A stretch of DNA of 64,000 nucleotides from Spirochaetota bacterium (GTDB lineage Bacteria; Spirochaetota; UBA4802; UBA5550). Position numbers and translations under genes: made by a program. The DNA is taken from positions 1,696,001 to 1,760,000 of the forward strand of contig OY760686.1 in NCBI GenBank assembly GCA_963663865.1, read 5' to 3'. The notes under the pieces are model-generated. The model saw only the letters and a program-made list of their open reading frames with translations. It was not told the origin of the DNA and ran no database searches. Position 1 is the stretch's first letter; each line of letters begins with the position of its first letter. This document shows positions 1-8,789 of the stretch, piece after piece.

Positions 1-2
1 CG

Positions 3-197
3 TCAACAAAAACTACGAAGACAACTTCGACACAAACAGAGGAATATGTAAACTGCAACTGGGGATGGGGCGCAACCGATAACGGATGGTATCTGAATAA
101 AGTCTTTGATACTAACAAGAGCGATATTACACTTAAATCTGGAACAGAAAGATATTACCAGTATAAACTTAAAATTCTACCTGATGTTTCGAAATAG
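3..197 (+). CDS. C10 family (streptopain/SpeB-like) cysteine peptidase, 3' partial
   Basis: Not in the ORF track. Frame 3 reads STKTTKTTSTQTEEYVNCNWGWGATDNGWYLNKVFDT...LPDVSK* (TAG 195-197); NWGWG..NGWY is the C-terminal C10 peptidase signature. Confidence 0.75.
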   Translation, partial: STKTTKTTSTQTEEYVNCNWGWGATDNGWYLNKVFDTNKSDITLKSGTERYYQYKLKILPDVSK

Positions 198-203
198 AAG
201 GGG

Positions 204-959
204 ATGGAAACAATGATGAAAAATATATTTAAAACTGTTATATTGTTAGTGTCACTTCTGTTCTCTGGATGTCATGAAGATGAAAATTGGAGTCCTGAGC
301 CTTTATCAGATTATTTTGTCTGGGAATACACAACAGTAAGGTATATCAATCCGATTGTAATGCTTTATTATGAAGACGAAGAAAGCCATAGTATTTCAGA
401 TTTTGAGATTGGATTGATGGACTGGCTCTCATACCATAATGATGATTATAATTCAGGCTATTTTTATCGGGACTCACTCAATTATCCTGAGGAACAACGT
501 GAGAGATTTCTTGAACTGGCTTCAAAAATTAGTGATGGAAGCTTTGGCGGCAAATCATCTAATACTTTTGGTTTTTGCTGTCCTGATGTATCTGTAAGTT
601 CAATTAACATAAATACAATTGAAGACTACGCCGAAACGCATAAAAGCGGTTCATCTCTAAACGATATAGTTCAAATTGGTTATTTTTGTGCCGACGAGTA
701 TGTAGATAATGGTTTTAATTTTGATGGAGGCGACCAGATACAGTATTCGTATTCATATGTGTTTGCTCAGAAGGAAGCTCTAATCAGCTTTAATGGTAGT
801 AAACATACAATTATTGGTTTAGATACAATTAATCTTCAATTAACTATTCCTCCGTCGGACGATGGTGAATACAGTTTTGAGATTGAGTACTGTCAGTCTG
901 ATGGAACATCATTTAAAGGAACTGTTGGTCCTGTGAATATTAAAGGAAGTTCAAGATAG
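204..959 (+). CDS. Acidic lipoprotein of unknown function, Bacteroidota-like
   Basis: 251-aa ORF with signal peptide and lipobox LFSG-C followed by acidic residues (CHEDE); starts 6 nt after the C10 stop; low GC. Confidence 0.75.
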   Translation: METMMKNIFKTVILLVSLLFSGCHEDENWSPEPLSDYFVWEYTTVRYINPIVMLYYEDEESHSISDFEIGLMDWLSYHNDDYNSGYFYRDSLNYPEEQRERFLELASKISDGSFGGKSSNTFGFCCPDVSVSSININTIEDYAETHKSGSSLNDIVQIGYFCADEYVDNGFNFDGGDQIQYSYSYVFAQKEALISFNGSKHTIIGLDTINLQLTIPPSDDGEYSFEIEYCQSDGTSFKGTVGPVNIKGSSR

Positions 960-969
960 AAGTAGTAGG

Positions 970-1027
970 CAGGGAGAGCTTGAGTGCATCATTCAGTGAA
1001 TAACACTTCAAGCTTCCCTGTTTTTTT
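970..1027 (+). terminator. Rho-independent terminator
   Basis: Stem CAGGGAGAGCTTGA...TTCAAGCTTCCCTG followed by T7, just after the stop at 959. Confidence 0.7.
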
Positions 1028-1134
1028 GGTTTTGCACGATTAACTCTAATCATTCATGCGAATAACAGGCATTTTCTGGTTGAGCTGGATATTATTTTCA
1101 ATCATTAAGTGAATTGGTGGTGCGGAGCGCACGG

Positions 1135-1409
1135 GCTTTTCTTTCGCCACTGTGATGTGCGACACGCTTTTCTTTTAGGCAGAGAGCCTGCCGTCTATTT
1201 TTCACGCTGAGAGCGTGAGACCCTTTTTGGTTACTTTCTTTTTTCGATCCAAAAAAGAAAGTGACCAAAGAAAAAGGGATCTCCTGCGCGGAGGGCGATG
1301 GGACATCCATGTCCAAAGAATTTGTCACTGTGGAATAGTATATGGAGAGATTGCTTTATTTAGTCAGGCTCCTACGGAGCCGGAGAGCGCAGCGTCCTGC
1401 TGCGTTTGA
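1135..1409. repeat. Structured dispersed repeat (REP/MITE-like), copy 1
   Basis: Aligns by eye with 43662-43943 over its whole length and with 42426-42537 in the 5' part. Contains hairpins TTGGTTACTTTCTTTTTT..AAAAAAGAAAGTGACCAA, GGACATCCATGTCC and GGCTCCTACGGAGCC. Confidence 0.85.
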
Positions 1410-2721
1410 GTTACTAAATCTTTTATTGTATTATGTTAAAACCGTAACCAATGCTTTGGGCCATACAGCTGAATTTGCATACGATGCAGGATTAGGAGTG
1501 TTACTCGAGCAGAAAGACCCGAATGATCTTAAAACAAGATACAGTTATAACGGTAAGGGTTTACTGGACGTTATTTCTATAAGAGGTCCTGAGGATAATG
1601 ACTTTCTGCAGCACCGTAGAATTTCCTACAATGACCTTGATTTGCCCGATAAACAACACGTTGAAATACAGGAGCTTGTAGATAGAGATGGGAACTGGAG
1701 AACTACAAAGCAGTATTTTGACGGGCTGGGCCGTACTTACAGGGAAGTTGCAGACGGTAACTATGATTCAAACAATGAGAATGTAGAGAATTATTATTTA
1801 ACCGTTTACAGCTTTGATGATGTTAACCGCGTCAGCGGTAAATCCAATCCGGTTCCTGTGGATGGAAACGGAAACATGCTGATTCAGCCTTCTTATACTC
1901 AATATGCTTATGATTTTGCAGGGCGCCCAATTACTGTCACTAACCCTGACGGGACGGTTTCATCCTACAGCTATAACAGCAGCATTACTGCTGAAAAAGC
2001 TGTTCAAAGTGTTACTGTAACCGATCCGGAGGGGAACTACAAAACCAAGGAGTATGACTCAAAAGGACGCATTGTGAAAGTAAATGATGCGGGCATCGCT
2101 TCAGTTAAATATAACTATGAAGAAGATGCCTTCAGAGTGAGCATAACGGATGCTGACGGACTGGTTTCAAAAATAATTTCTGATTCATTGGGACGGAAGG
2201 TCACTCTGGAAGATCCGAATTCGGGTCTGTGGAGTTATATCTATGACAAAAACGGAAATCTGAAAAAACAGACTGATCCCAAACAGGCAAGCATATCATT
2301 TGCCTACGATGCCTCGAACAGGGTTGTAAAAAAAGACCTTCCGGACAGTGATACCGATGTTGTATATACCTATGACGGTACAGAGGATTCAGCAAAATCG
2401 CATGTTATCGGTCAGCTTACAGGAGTAACCGATGCATCAGGAACAGTGAGCAGTTACTATGACCAGTATGGAAACAGAAAGGCATGGATCAGGACTGTTG
2501 ACGCAGGTAAAGATGACGCCATGAGCTTTTCTTTTTCAGCAGAGTACGACATACGGAATCAACTGAAAACACTCGACTACCCTGATGGTTCGCAGATACG
2601 TAACTATTATTCACCGGCAGGGTTTCTGAGAATGGTGAGACTGATGCGTACGGACAGGGGTACGATTGACAAGCCGGTTTCTGAAGATGATCAGATTGTG
2701 AATGGTAATTTTGGAGCGTAG
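1342..2721 (+). pseudogene. Rhs/YD-repeat protein, fragment 1 (5'-truncated; real Rhs sequence starts ~1435)
   Basis: YD repeats (AYDAGLG, YFDGLGR, YDFAGRP, YDKNGNL). The first ~30 codons come from the repeat. Ends at an in-frame TAG (2719-2721) after which the frame stays open into the 2803 ORF. Confidence 0.8.
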
Positions 2722-2802
2722 CTTGTAACATATTTCGGACCTGCAGTTAATAACGGACAGTACGAATTTGTTAGACGTACCGGAAACAATATAAGAACAA
2801 CG

Positions 2803-3648
2803 GTGTCTGTTGATCCTGAAAATATGCGTGCCGGTCAGATTACGAGCAGAACAAATAACGGACTTGAAGGTTATAGTGAACTTGAGAACACAAGTTATGA
2901 ATATGACAGCGTAGGCAACATAACCTCAATCACTGACAATATTACAGACGACGGTCTGAATGAATCACAGAGCTTTACCTACGATAAACTTTACAGGCTT
3001 AAAACTGCAACAGCATCTTCGCTCTACGGAAGCCTCGAATATGCATTCACAGCCGGAGGAAGGCTGACTAAAAAGGGTAACATATCTCTTGGCTATTCGG
3101 ACACGGCCCATCCTCAGGCGGTAACATCAGCCACTGAAGACGGTGCAACCGTAAACTACGCCTACGATCTGAACGGAAACATGACATCACGAGCGGGGCG
3201 GACCCTCGACTATGACAGTGAAAACAGGCTTACATCAGTCAGTGACGGAGATACTTTAAAACAGAGCTATGTGTATGATGAAAGCGGCAGCCGCATCAAG
3301 AAGGTGAGGGAAGATGGAACGGTTGTCTACTCGATTGACGGGCTGTACGAGGTAGTACGCAATGCCGATGGACTGCTTGAGCATACCAAATATGTACACG
3401 GCATAAAGGGTGAAATGGTTGCCCAGATAACCAAAAACGGGCTGGATATTCGAAGCCTTGCCGCAAACCTCGAACTTCACAGAAAAATGGTGCTTGCCGA
3501 ATCGTACAGTATCGGCGGCGGAAGAGGACTTTACGGAACGATTCTGAGCGCCTGGAAGTCGGCATATTATAAAACAGACTTCTTCCTTGCACGTTATGAA
3601 AATGCAAAAATCTTCTACGTATTCTATTTCTTATTACAGTTTTGGTAA
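2803..3648 (+). pseudogene. Rhs/YD-repeat protein, fragment 2
   Basis: YEYDSVGNI, YDKLYRL, YDLNGNMT, YDESGSRIKK; same frame as fragment 1; ends through an apparent 1-nt deletion in the A-run at ~3606-3610. Confidence 0.8.
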
Positions 3649-5132
3649 TAATTGCCGGTTATGTTTACAGTCAACTGGGCGGCAAATACGAAGGTCACAT
3701 CCTTCAAAATATGCCGGCGTTGAGGCATCTGACGCCTATTGTGTTAATTGCCTTTGTAGCGGTTTTCGGATTTAACGGCTGCTCTTCAGACACAGGCGGC
3801 GATGACCCGAGTTTCCTCGATGACCCGGTACCCATCGACGCGCCGGATACAGGCTCACTCAGCGGTACCTACAACGATGAAACACGGAACGGATTTCCAC
3901 TAGAGGGAACTTACTTCTATCATCCTAACCACCTTGGAAGCGCGTCGTACATAACCGACACAGCCGGAACAGTAATAACGCGATATTATTACAAACCCTA
4001 CGGAGAAATAATCCGTGACAAAAGCTCGGGCGCTGATATAGTCAGGCACAAATTCACGGGACAGGAGGAAGACGCCGAGACCGGACTCATGTACTACGGA
4101 GCGAGGTACTATGATCCGTACATCGGAAACTTTATAACACCGGATTCACTGATACCTGAACCTGAGTACTCACAATCCTTCAACAGGTACATGTACACTT
4201 ATGGCAATCCAGTGAGGTATAATGACCCGAGCGGGCATGCCGCAGAGGAAGCGGTTGCAGTAATGGGGTCGGATCAAGCCTATGATACAGTAACAGTAAT
4301 GGAAGCATGGGTAGGTAACGGCTATGGTACAGCTCAGGCAAGTACTGGTGCCTCGAATAACAATGAGAATAATAACGGGGAAAAAGGTGTAAGCACAGCT
4401 GCTTCAAAGAAAGGTGTTAACAGTATTTCAACAGTAAGTATTGGTGATAATGAAAGCGATGGAGGTGATTCTGGAAGATCAAAAAATGCCGGTATTAGTT
4501 CCGGGAAAGCTTCAGGCTCACCTCAGTCAGAAAGTTCAACGCATTACGACTCATCGTTCAGGGATATGCTGAGTTCTACAGCAAATGAGTTCGGCAGAGG
4601 CACCGGGATGTTGTTCAACTTCGATTTCGGATACGACTGGGCATCACAGGGGAAAGAAGCAATTGGTTCTGGACGATATGCTTTTGGAGCAGCAAGCTTT
4701 TTGGCTGCCGGAATAGAGGGGACAGTTGATTCCGCGGTGGCATATTTTCTCGGGAAAGCTATTTACGGCAGACTGAGATCGATAGGTGCTGGCGGAGTTA
4801 GTGTTGTAGGCGTTGATTTAGCAAATAGATTTGCGTTTGATCCAACACGTGTTAGGCTCCTAAAAACAGTAATAAATTCTGATGGCACAATTAGAACTTC
4901 TCAAACGGTTCTAAGACAATTATCAAGTACGAGAAGTTATATAACAACACAATCAATTCATGAAACAATTGGTTCTGGTGTAAGAATTGCAGATCCGCAA
5001 GGTGTAGCTGGGCAATTTCTGTACAAATCAAATGCAATTTTCAATGGATCAAGGGGAACTCTTGAAGTATTGATTCATGAACCTACAGGTGTTATTCGAC
5101 ATGTATTATTTAGAAGCGGTGGTGTGCAATGA
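3642..5132 (+). CDS. Rhs core plus C-terminal toxin domain (fragment 3; putative BECR-fold RNase/tRNase tip)
   Basis: YHPNHLGS, KFTGQEEDAETGLMYYGARYYDP, PVRYNDPSGH cleavage motif, low-complexity linker, then a tip with ADPQG...LEVL...IRH. Confidence 0.85.
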   Translation: MVIIAGYVYSQLGGKYEGHILQNMPALRHLTPIVLIAFVAVFGFNGCSSDTGGDDPSFLDDPVPIDAPDTGSLSGTYNDETRNGFPLEGTYFYHPNHLGSASYITDTAGTVITRYYYKPYGEIIRDKSSGADIVRHKFTGQEEDAETGLMYYGARYYDPYIGNFITPDSLIPEPEYSQSFNRYMYTYGNPVRYNDPSGHAAEEAVAVMGSDQAYDTVTVMEAWVGNGYGTAQASTGASNNNENNNGEKGVSTAASKKGVNSISTVSIGDNESDGGDSGRSKNAGISSGKASGSPQSESSTHYDSSFRDMLSSTANEFGRGTGMLFNFDFGYDWASQGKEAIGSGRYAFGAASFLAAGIEGTVDSAVAYFLGKAIYGRLRSIGAGGVSVVGVDLANRFAFDPTRVRLLKTVINSDGTIRTSQTVLRQLSSTRSYITTQSIHETIGSGVRIADPQGVAGQFLYKSNAIFNGSRGTLEVLIHEPTGVIRHVLFRSGGVQ

Positions 5133-5425
5133 TGAATAACTATTCAAATTACAAAGAACAGATATATGATTTAATTATTAAATATCTTTCAAAAAAAATT
5201 GATGCAGAATATTTTTGTGACGCCTATGAAAATTTATACAATTTGAAATTGGATAAAGATGTGTTGTCTCCATCTGAATATCAAATATTTGCTCGTATAT
5301 TTGATAGTGTGGTATGGTATTCACCGTATGAAAAAGAGAGGGAAGAAATACCTAATTATCTCAGTGATTCTCAGATATTTGAAATTGTCAATAATGCATC
5401 AAAAAAATTAAACATCAATGTATAG
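5129..5425 (+). CDS. Cognate immunity protein, colicin D immunity-like
   Basis: Overlaps the toxin stop (ATGA); 98 aa; LI..YL...I.A..F...Y..LY and IF..V..YSP patterns resemble colicin-immunity-domain proteins; very AT-rich. Confidence 0.75.
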   Translation: MMNNYSNYKEQIYDLIIKYLSKKIDAEYFCDAYENLYNLKLDKDVLSPSEYQIFARIFDSVVWYSPYEKEREEIPNYLSDSQIFEIVNNASKKLNINV

Positions 5426-5460
5426 TAACAATTAACTCATTACCTTCATAATCAGGAAAG

Positions 5461-5652
5461 ATGTCGCATCAACAACAGGAAGACGCCGAGACCGGACTCA
5501 TGTACTACGGAGCGAGGTACTATGATCCGTACATCGGAAACTTTATAACACCGGATTCACTGATACCGGAACCTGAGTACTCTCAATCGTTTAACAGGTA
5601 CATGTAGACATACGGCAACCCTGTAAGGTACAATGACCCGACTGGGCATGCC
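5461..5652 (+). pseudogene. Orphan Rhs-core duplicate (remnant)
   Basis: 5477-5652 is a near-identical 176-bp copy of 4066-4241 (EDAETGL...NDPxGH). ATG at 5461, TAC changed to TAG at 5605-5607, no toxin tip after it. Confidence 0.85.
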
Positions 5653-5710
5653 CGCCTTCGTGACCTGAAGTTTTCTGATTTACAGATATTTTTTAATGCA
5701 AAATTACTCC

Positions 5711-5739
5711 TTGACTAATAACCATAAAATGATTACTTT
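5711..5739 (+). promoter_or_regulatory. Sigma70-type promoter of the TA operon, with possible operator
   Basis: TTGACT-17 nt-TACTTT, 5 nt before the ATG at 5745; imperfect inverted repeat TAACCAT-AAA-ATGATTA in the spacer. Confidence 0.5.
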
Positions 5740-5744
5740 GACTT

Positions 5745-6008
5745 ATGTATGAAGTGAAGATTAAAAAAAATGCACTTAAGAATTTACAGAAGATGCCAAA
5801 GGAGATACAATTTTTATTTGATTCTCTTGTTGATGATTTAATCGAAAAAGGTCCAATTAGAAAAGAATGGCCAAACTTCAGTACGTTAGGAAAAAATGAA
5901 TACCATTGTCATCTATCTTATAAATGGGTTGCATGTTGGTATTATGAAAATAATTCGGTGAGAATTGAGGTTTATTATGCAGGCAGTCGTGAAAACGCCC
6001 CGTATTGA
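5745..6008 (+). CDS. Type II TA toxin, RelE/ParE superfamily
   Basis: 87 aa, MYEVKIKKNALKNLQKMP...YHCHL...VYYAGSRENAPY; toxin-first arrangement overlapping an HTH gene. Confidence 0.75.
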   Translation: MYEVKIKKNALKNLQKMPKEIQFLFDSLVDDLIEKGPIRKEWPNFSTLGKNEYHCHLSYKWVACWYYENNSVRIEVYYAGSRENAPY

Positions 6009-6345
6009 AATTACAATAAAAGGCGATATTCCTCCTAAGATGATAGCTTTATTAAAAGAAGAATATGGGAAAAAAGTTCATATTATAAATGATGACGATG
6101 ATGAATATGTAAATATAACCACAACTGATTGGTATAAAAAGATTAAAGCAGAAAAAACTCCTGCTGATAATATGAAAATTTATAGAAAGATTCATAAAAT
6201 AACTCAGGAAAAACTTGGAGAAATGCTTGGTAATATTCCGAAACAACATATTTCAAATATGGAAAACGGTTTAAGGCCAATCAGTAAGATTACGGCAAAA
6301 AAATTAGCGAAAATCTTTAATGTATCTGTAGAAAGATTTATTTAA
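5977..6345 (+). CDS. XRE-family HTH antitoxin
   Basis: C-terminal HTH (ITQEKLGEMLGNIPKQHISNMENGLRPIS); start chosen at MQAVVK after GAGG. Confidence 0.8.
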   Translation: MQAVVKTPRIEITIKGDIPPKMIALLKEEYGKKVHIINDDDDEYVNITTTDWYKKIKAEKTPADNMKIYRKIHKITQEKLGEMLGNIPKQHISNMENGLRPISKITAKKLAKIFNVSVERFI

Positions 6346-6547
6346 AAGACAAAAAAGGGCGGGGGTAACGGCATATGACAAAGCTTATGCGCTCACTCGC
6401 TGTCGCTCGTTCTGGCTACGCAACATAGCGGCGTTAAGGCTGCCTCGACTTTGTTTAGGCAAAACGTAAGCCGTAATGCGCTGCCCGAGGGCCGGCAATG
6501 TCAACACCGATTTGTTTTTGCCGTTTTTTGTAGTGTCATCACTAATA

Positions 6548-7564
6548 TTAGCTTACAACTTCCATGACTCTCGCCGCAAATGACTCAATCGGCTCATTTG
6601 GCTCTGCTGTGATTGTACAGGTATTCTCTCCGCGCCGGCTTATACCTTTTGTATACTTCTTGTCGTAGTAGTCGAGAAGGTGTGAGGCGGCCGTTGTCAT
6701 ATCTCCAGATTGAACGGCTGCAACAGCTTCACTGTAAATCACACTACCCATCTTTTTTTTGAGGATATTGCATGAATTTATTAGAGAGTCTGGATTGAGT
6801 TCGCCGTAGTCGCGGACTATACGCGCGACCCTTTCCTTTCGGGGCACCTCTATTATTATTAGACGGGCGCCTCGGATTTTTTTAAACAGAGCCTCAGGGA
6901 CAACGCATTTGCCGACATTAACGCTTTCATCTTCGATGAAAACCGGTTTGTCCAGGTCGAATTTGCGCCATTGCTCGAAGATATCGTTTTCGAACTGTTC
7001 GGTAGTGGGCTGGACGCGCCCTATGCCTCCGAAGGCCGATCCCATGTGATTGGCCAGACCCTCAAGGTCAATGACCTGGCAGCCCATACGCTTGAGTTCA
7101 AGAAGCAGATCTGTCTTTCCGCTGCCGGTCATTCCTCCTATAACAGCGAGCTGCGCTTCTGATTCAAAAGAGGCGTGCAGGTGACGGCGGTACGCCTTGT
7201 ATCCACCGGAAAGGGTATGTGTCTTGATTCCGCATATCTCAAGCAGGGAGGCGACTGACGAGCTGCGCATTCCTCCGCGCCAGCAGTGTACAAGGGCCTC
7301 TCCGCCGGGTGCCGCGTCACGGGCGGCTCTGTATATTGACAGGGACTTCGGCAGGGCGATCTCAAGGCCAAGCTCAACGGCCTCATCGTGTCCGACCTGG
7401 ACGTAGGTTGTTCCAACTTTTTTACGTTCCTCATCATTAAAGAGGGGGATATTGACTGCCCCGGGGATATGGCCCTGACTGAATTCAGAGGGCGAACGGA
7501 CGTCGATTACCGGCAGAGATTCGCCGAGTTCCATAAACTTTTCAACTACTTCAATCTGACCCAT
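6548..7564 (-). CDS. mnmH: tRNA 2-selenouridine(34) synthase
   Basis: Rhodanese domain (DVRSPSEF..GHIPGA, HCWRGGMRS), P-loop GMTGSGKT, DLEGLANHMGSAFG, YYDKKY; directly downstream of selD. Confidence 0.95.
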   Translation of the reverse strand: MGQIEVVEKFMELGESLPVIDVRSPSEFSQGHIPGAVNIPLFNDEERKKVGTTYVQVGHDEAVELGLEIALPKSLSIYRAARDAAPGGEALVHCWRGGMRSSSVASLLEICGIKTHTLSGGYKAYRRHLHASFESEAQLAVIGGMTGSGKTDLLLELKRMGCQVIDLEGLANHMGSAFGGIGRVQPTTEQFENDIFEQWRKFDLDKPVFIEDESVNVGKCVVPEALFKKIRGARLIIIEVPRKERVARIVRDYGELNPDSLINSCNILKKKMGSVIYSEAVAAVQSGDMTTAASHLLDYYDKKYTKGISRRGENTCTITAEPNEPIESFAARVMEVVS

Positions 7565-8583
7565 TTCTCGCCTTCTCTGTGTTCGATGGTTTTACCTATG
7601 ACAACGGCGCATAGTTCACCTGAGTCCTTCAGCCGCGATAATACCGTGTCAGCTTTATCTTCAGGAACACACATGAGTATTCCTCCGGAGGTCTGTGCGT
7701 CGCATGCTGTCATCTTGAGACTGTAGTCGACGTGTTCGGAAAAATGGACTTCATTGTCGCTGAATTTCAGGTTTCTGAAAGCGGCTGTGGGGATGCAGCC
7801 TGAATCGGCGAGCTCGTAGGCACCCGGGAGCAGCGGCAGCTCAAGGCTGTCTATTTCAATGGTTACACCGCTTCCTCGGGCCATTTTGAGAGAGTGCCCT
7901 ATCAGTCCGAATCCGGTAATATCAGTAGCGCAGCGTATTCCGTGCTCAGTCATTATAAGGGCCGGGTTTTTATTTAGCCGCATCATGCTTTCGAGAGCGG
8001 CCTGATACACGTCATCGCCGCATTCACCGAGTCTTTTTCCGGCAAGCACAATGCCTGTGCCGAGAGGCTTTGTGAGTATGAGAAGCTCACCCGGCTTCGC
8101 GGCGCTGTTTGTAATGACCCTGTCGGGATGCACCGTGCCCGTTACCGCCAGTCCGTACTTCGGCACCGCGTCGTCAATAGTGTGGCCGCCGGCAAGGGCG
8201 GCGCCTGCTTCCGCGGTCTTTTCTGCGCCTCCACGGAGTATATCCGCGAGAACAGGAAGGCCTTCCTCCTGCGCGGGGTACATTACTATATTCAGGGCAA
8301 GAATTGGATTTCCGCCCATGGCGTAAACATCGCTTATCGCGTTTGCCGCGGCTATGCGGCCGAATGTGTAAGGGTCCGAGCAGACAGCAGGAAAGAAGTC
8401 TGTGGTCTGAATTATAGCGGTTTCATCGTTGATTTTCCACACAGCCGCGTCGTCATGCGTGTCGATGCCTACCAGAAGGTTCTCAGGTCTCAAGACCGGA
8501 ATATCTCTGAGCAGCTCATCGAGCTTCTGCGCAGGGAGCTTTGCTGAGCAGCCTCCGCTTTCGCATAGAAGTTCACTTTTCAT
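7546..8583 (-). CDS. selD: Selenide, water dikinase (selenophosphate synthetase), Cys form
   Basis: GGCSAK, DDAAV, QTTDFF, AAANAISDVYAMGG, GGHT, TDITGFGL, DAQTSGG; start reassigned to MKSELL (8583). Confidence 0.95.
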   Translation of the reverse strand: MKSELLCESGGCSAKLPAQKLDELLRDIPVLRPENLLVGIDTHDDAAVWKINDETAIIQTTDFFPAVCSDPYTFGRIAAANAISDVYAMGGNPILALNIVMYPAQEEGLPVLADILRGGAEKTAEAGAALAGGHTIDDAVPKYGLAVTGTVHPDRVITNSAAKPGELLILTKPLGTGIVLAGKRLGECGDDVYQAALESMMRLNKNPALIMTEHGIRCATDITGFGLIGHSLKMARGSGVTIEIDSLELPLLPGAYELADSGCIPTAAFRNLKFSDNEVHFSEHVDYSLKMTACDAQTSGGILMCVPEDKADTVLSRLKDSGELCAVVIGKTIEHREGEKWVRLK

Positions 8584-8788
8584 ATTCGTTGCTCCTGTAT
8601 ATAGTGTAGTTGAATTCAGAAAGTACAGCTTCAATACTGGCTGCGCATTCATCATCAATCTCTATGCCCATTCCGCATTCCTTTGATATGCTTCTCGGCA
8701 CCGGAATAATACGGCATGTCTTGCCGCTCATCCGAAGGGCCTTCTCAGCCCGTATGACTGCCCGGGTCGTCTTGAATATCAGAAGCAT
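8573..8788 (-). CDS. DUF3343 / putative Se-S carrier protein
   Basis: MLLIFKTTRAVIRAEKAL...IIPVPRSISKECGMGIEI matches the DUF3343 pattern; fits between the desulfurase and selD. Confidence 0.85.
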   Translation of the reverse strand: MLLIFKTTRAVIRAEKALRMSGKTCRIIPVPRSISKECGMGIEIDDECAASIEAVLSEFNYTIYRSNEYEK

Positions 8789-8789
8789 A

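Noticed and set aside
1098-1409. Short ORFs 1098-1328 and 1215-1409, and the similar 42458-42718, 43536-43805 and 43564-43872
   Set aside because: They are translations of the structured repeat (FLVTFFFRSKKES-type peptides come from the hairpin), with no RBS or domain.
2719-2721. TAG readthrough or recoding (pyrrolysine or alternative code) in the Rhs gene
   Set aside because: TAG is a normal stop for many intact genes here, no pyl genes are present, and the same gene also has a frameshift and a 5' truncation; decay explains it better.
7546-8583. Selenocysteine-containing SelD or a SECIS element
   Set aside because: The active-site region reads CESGGCSAK with Cys codons; no in-frame UGA in any gene of the operon.
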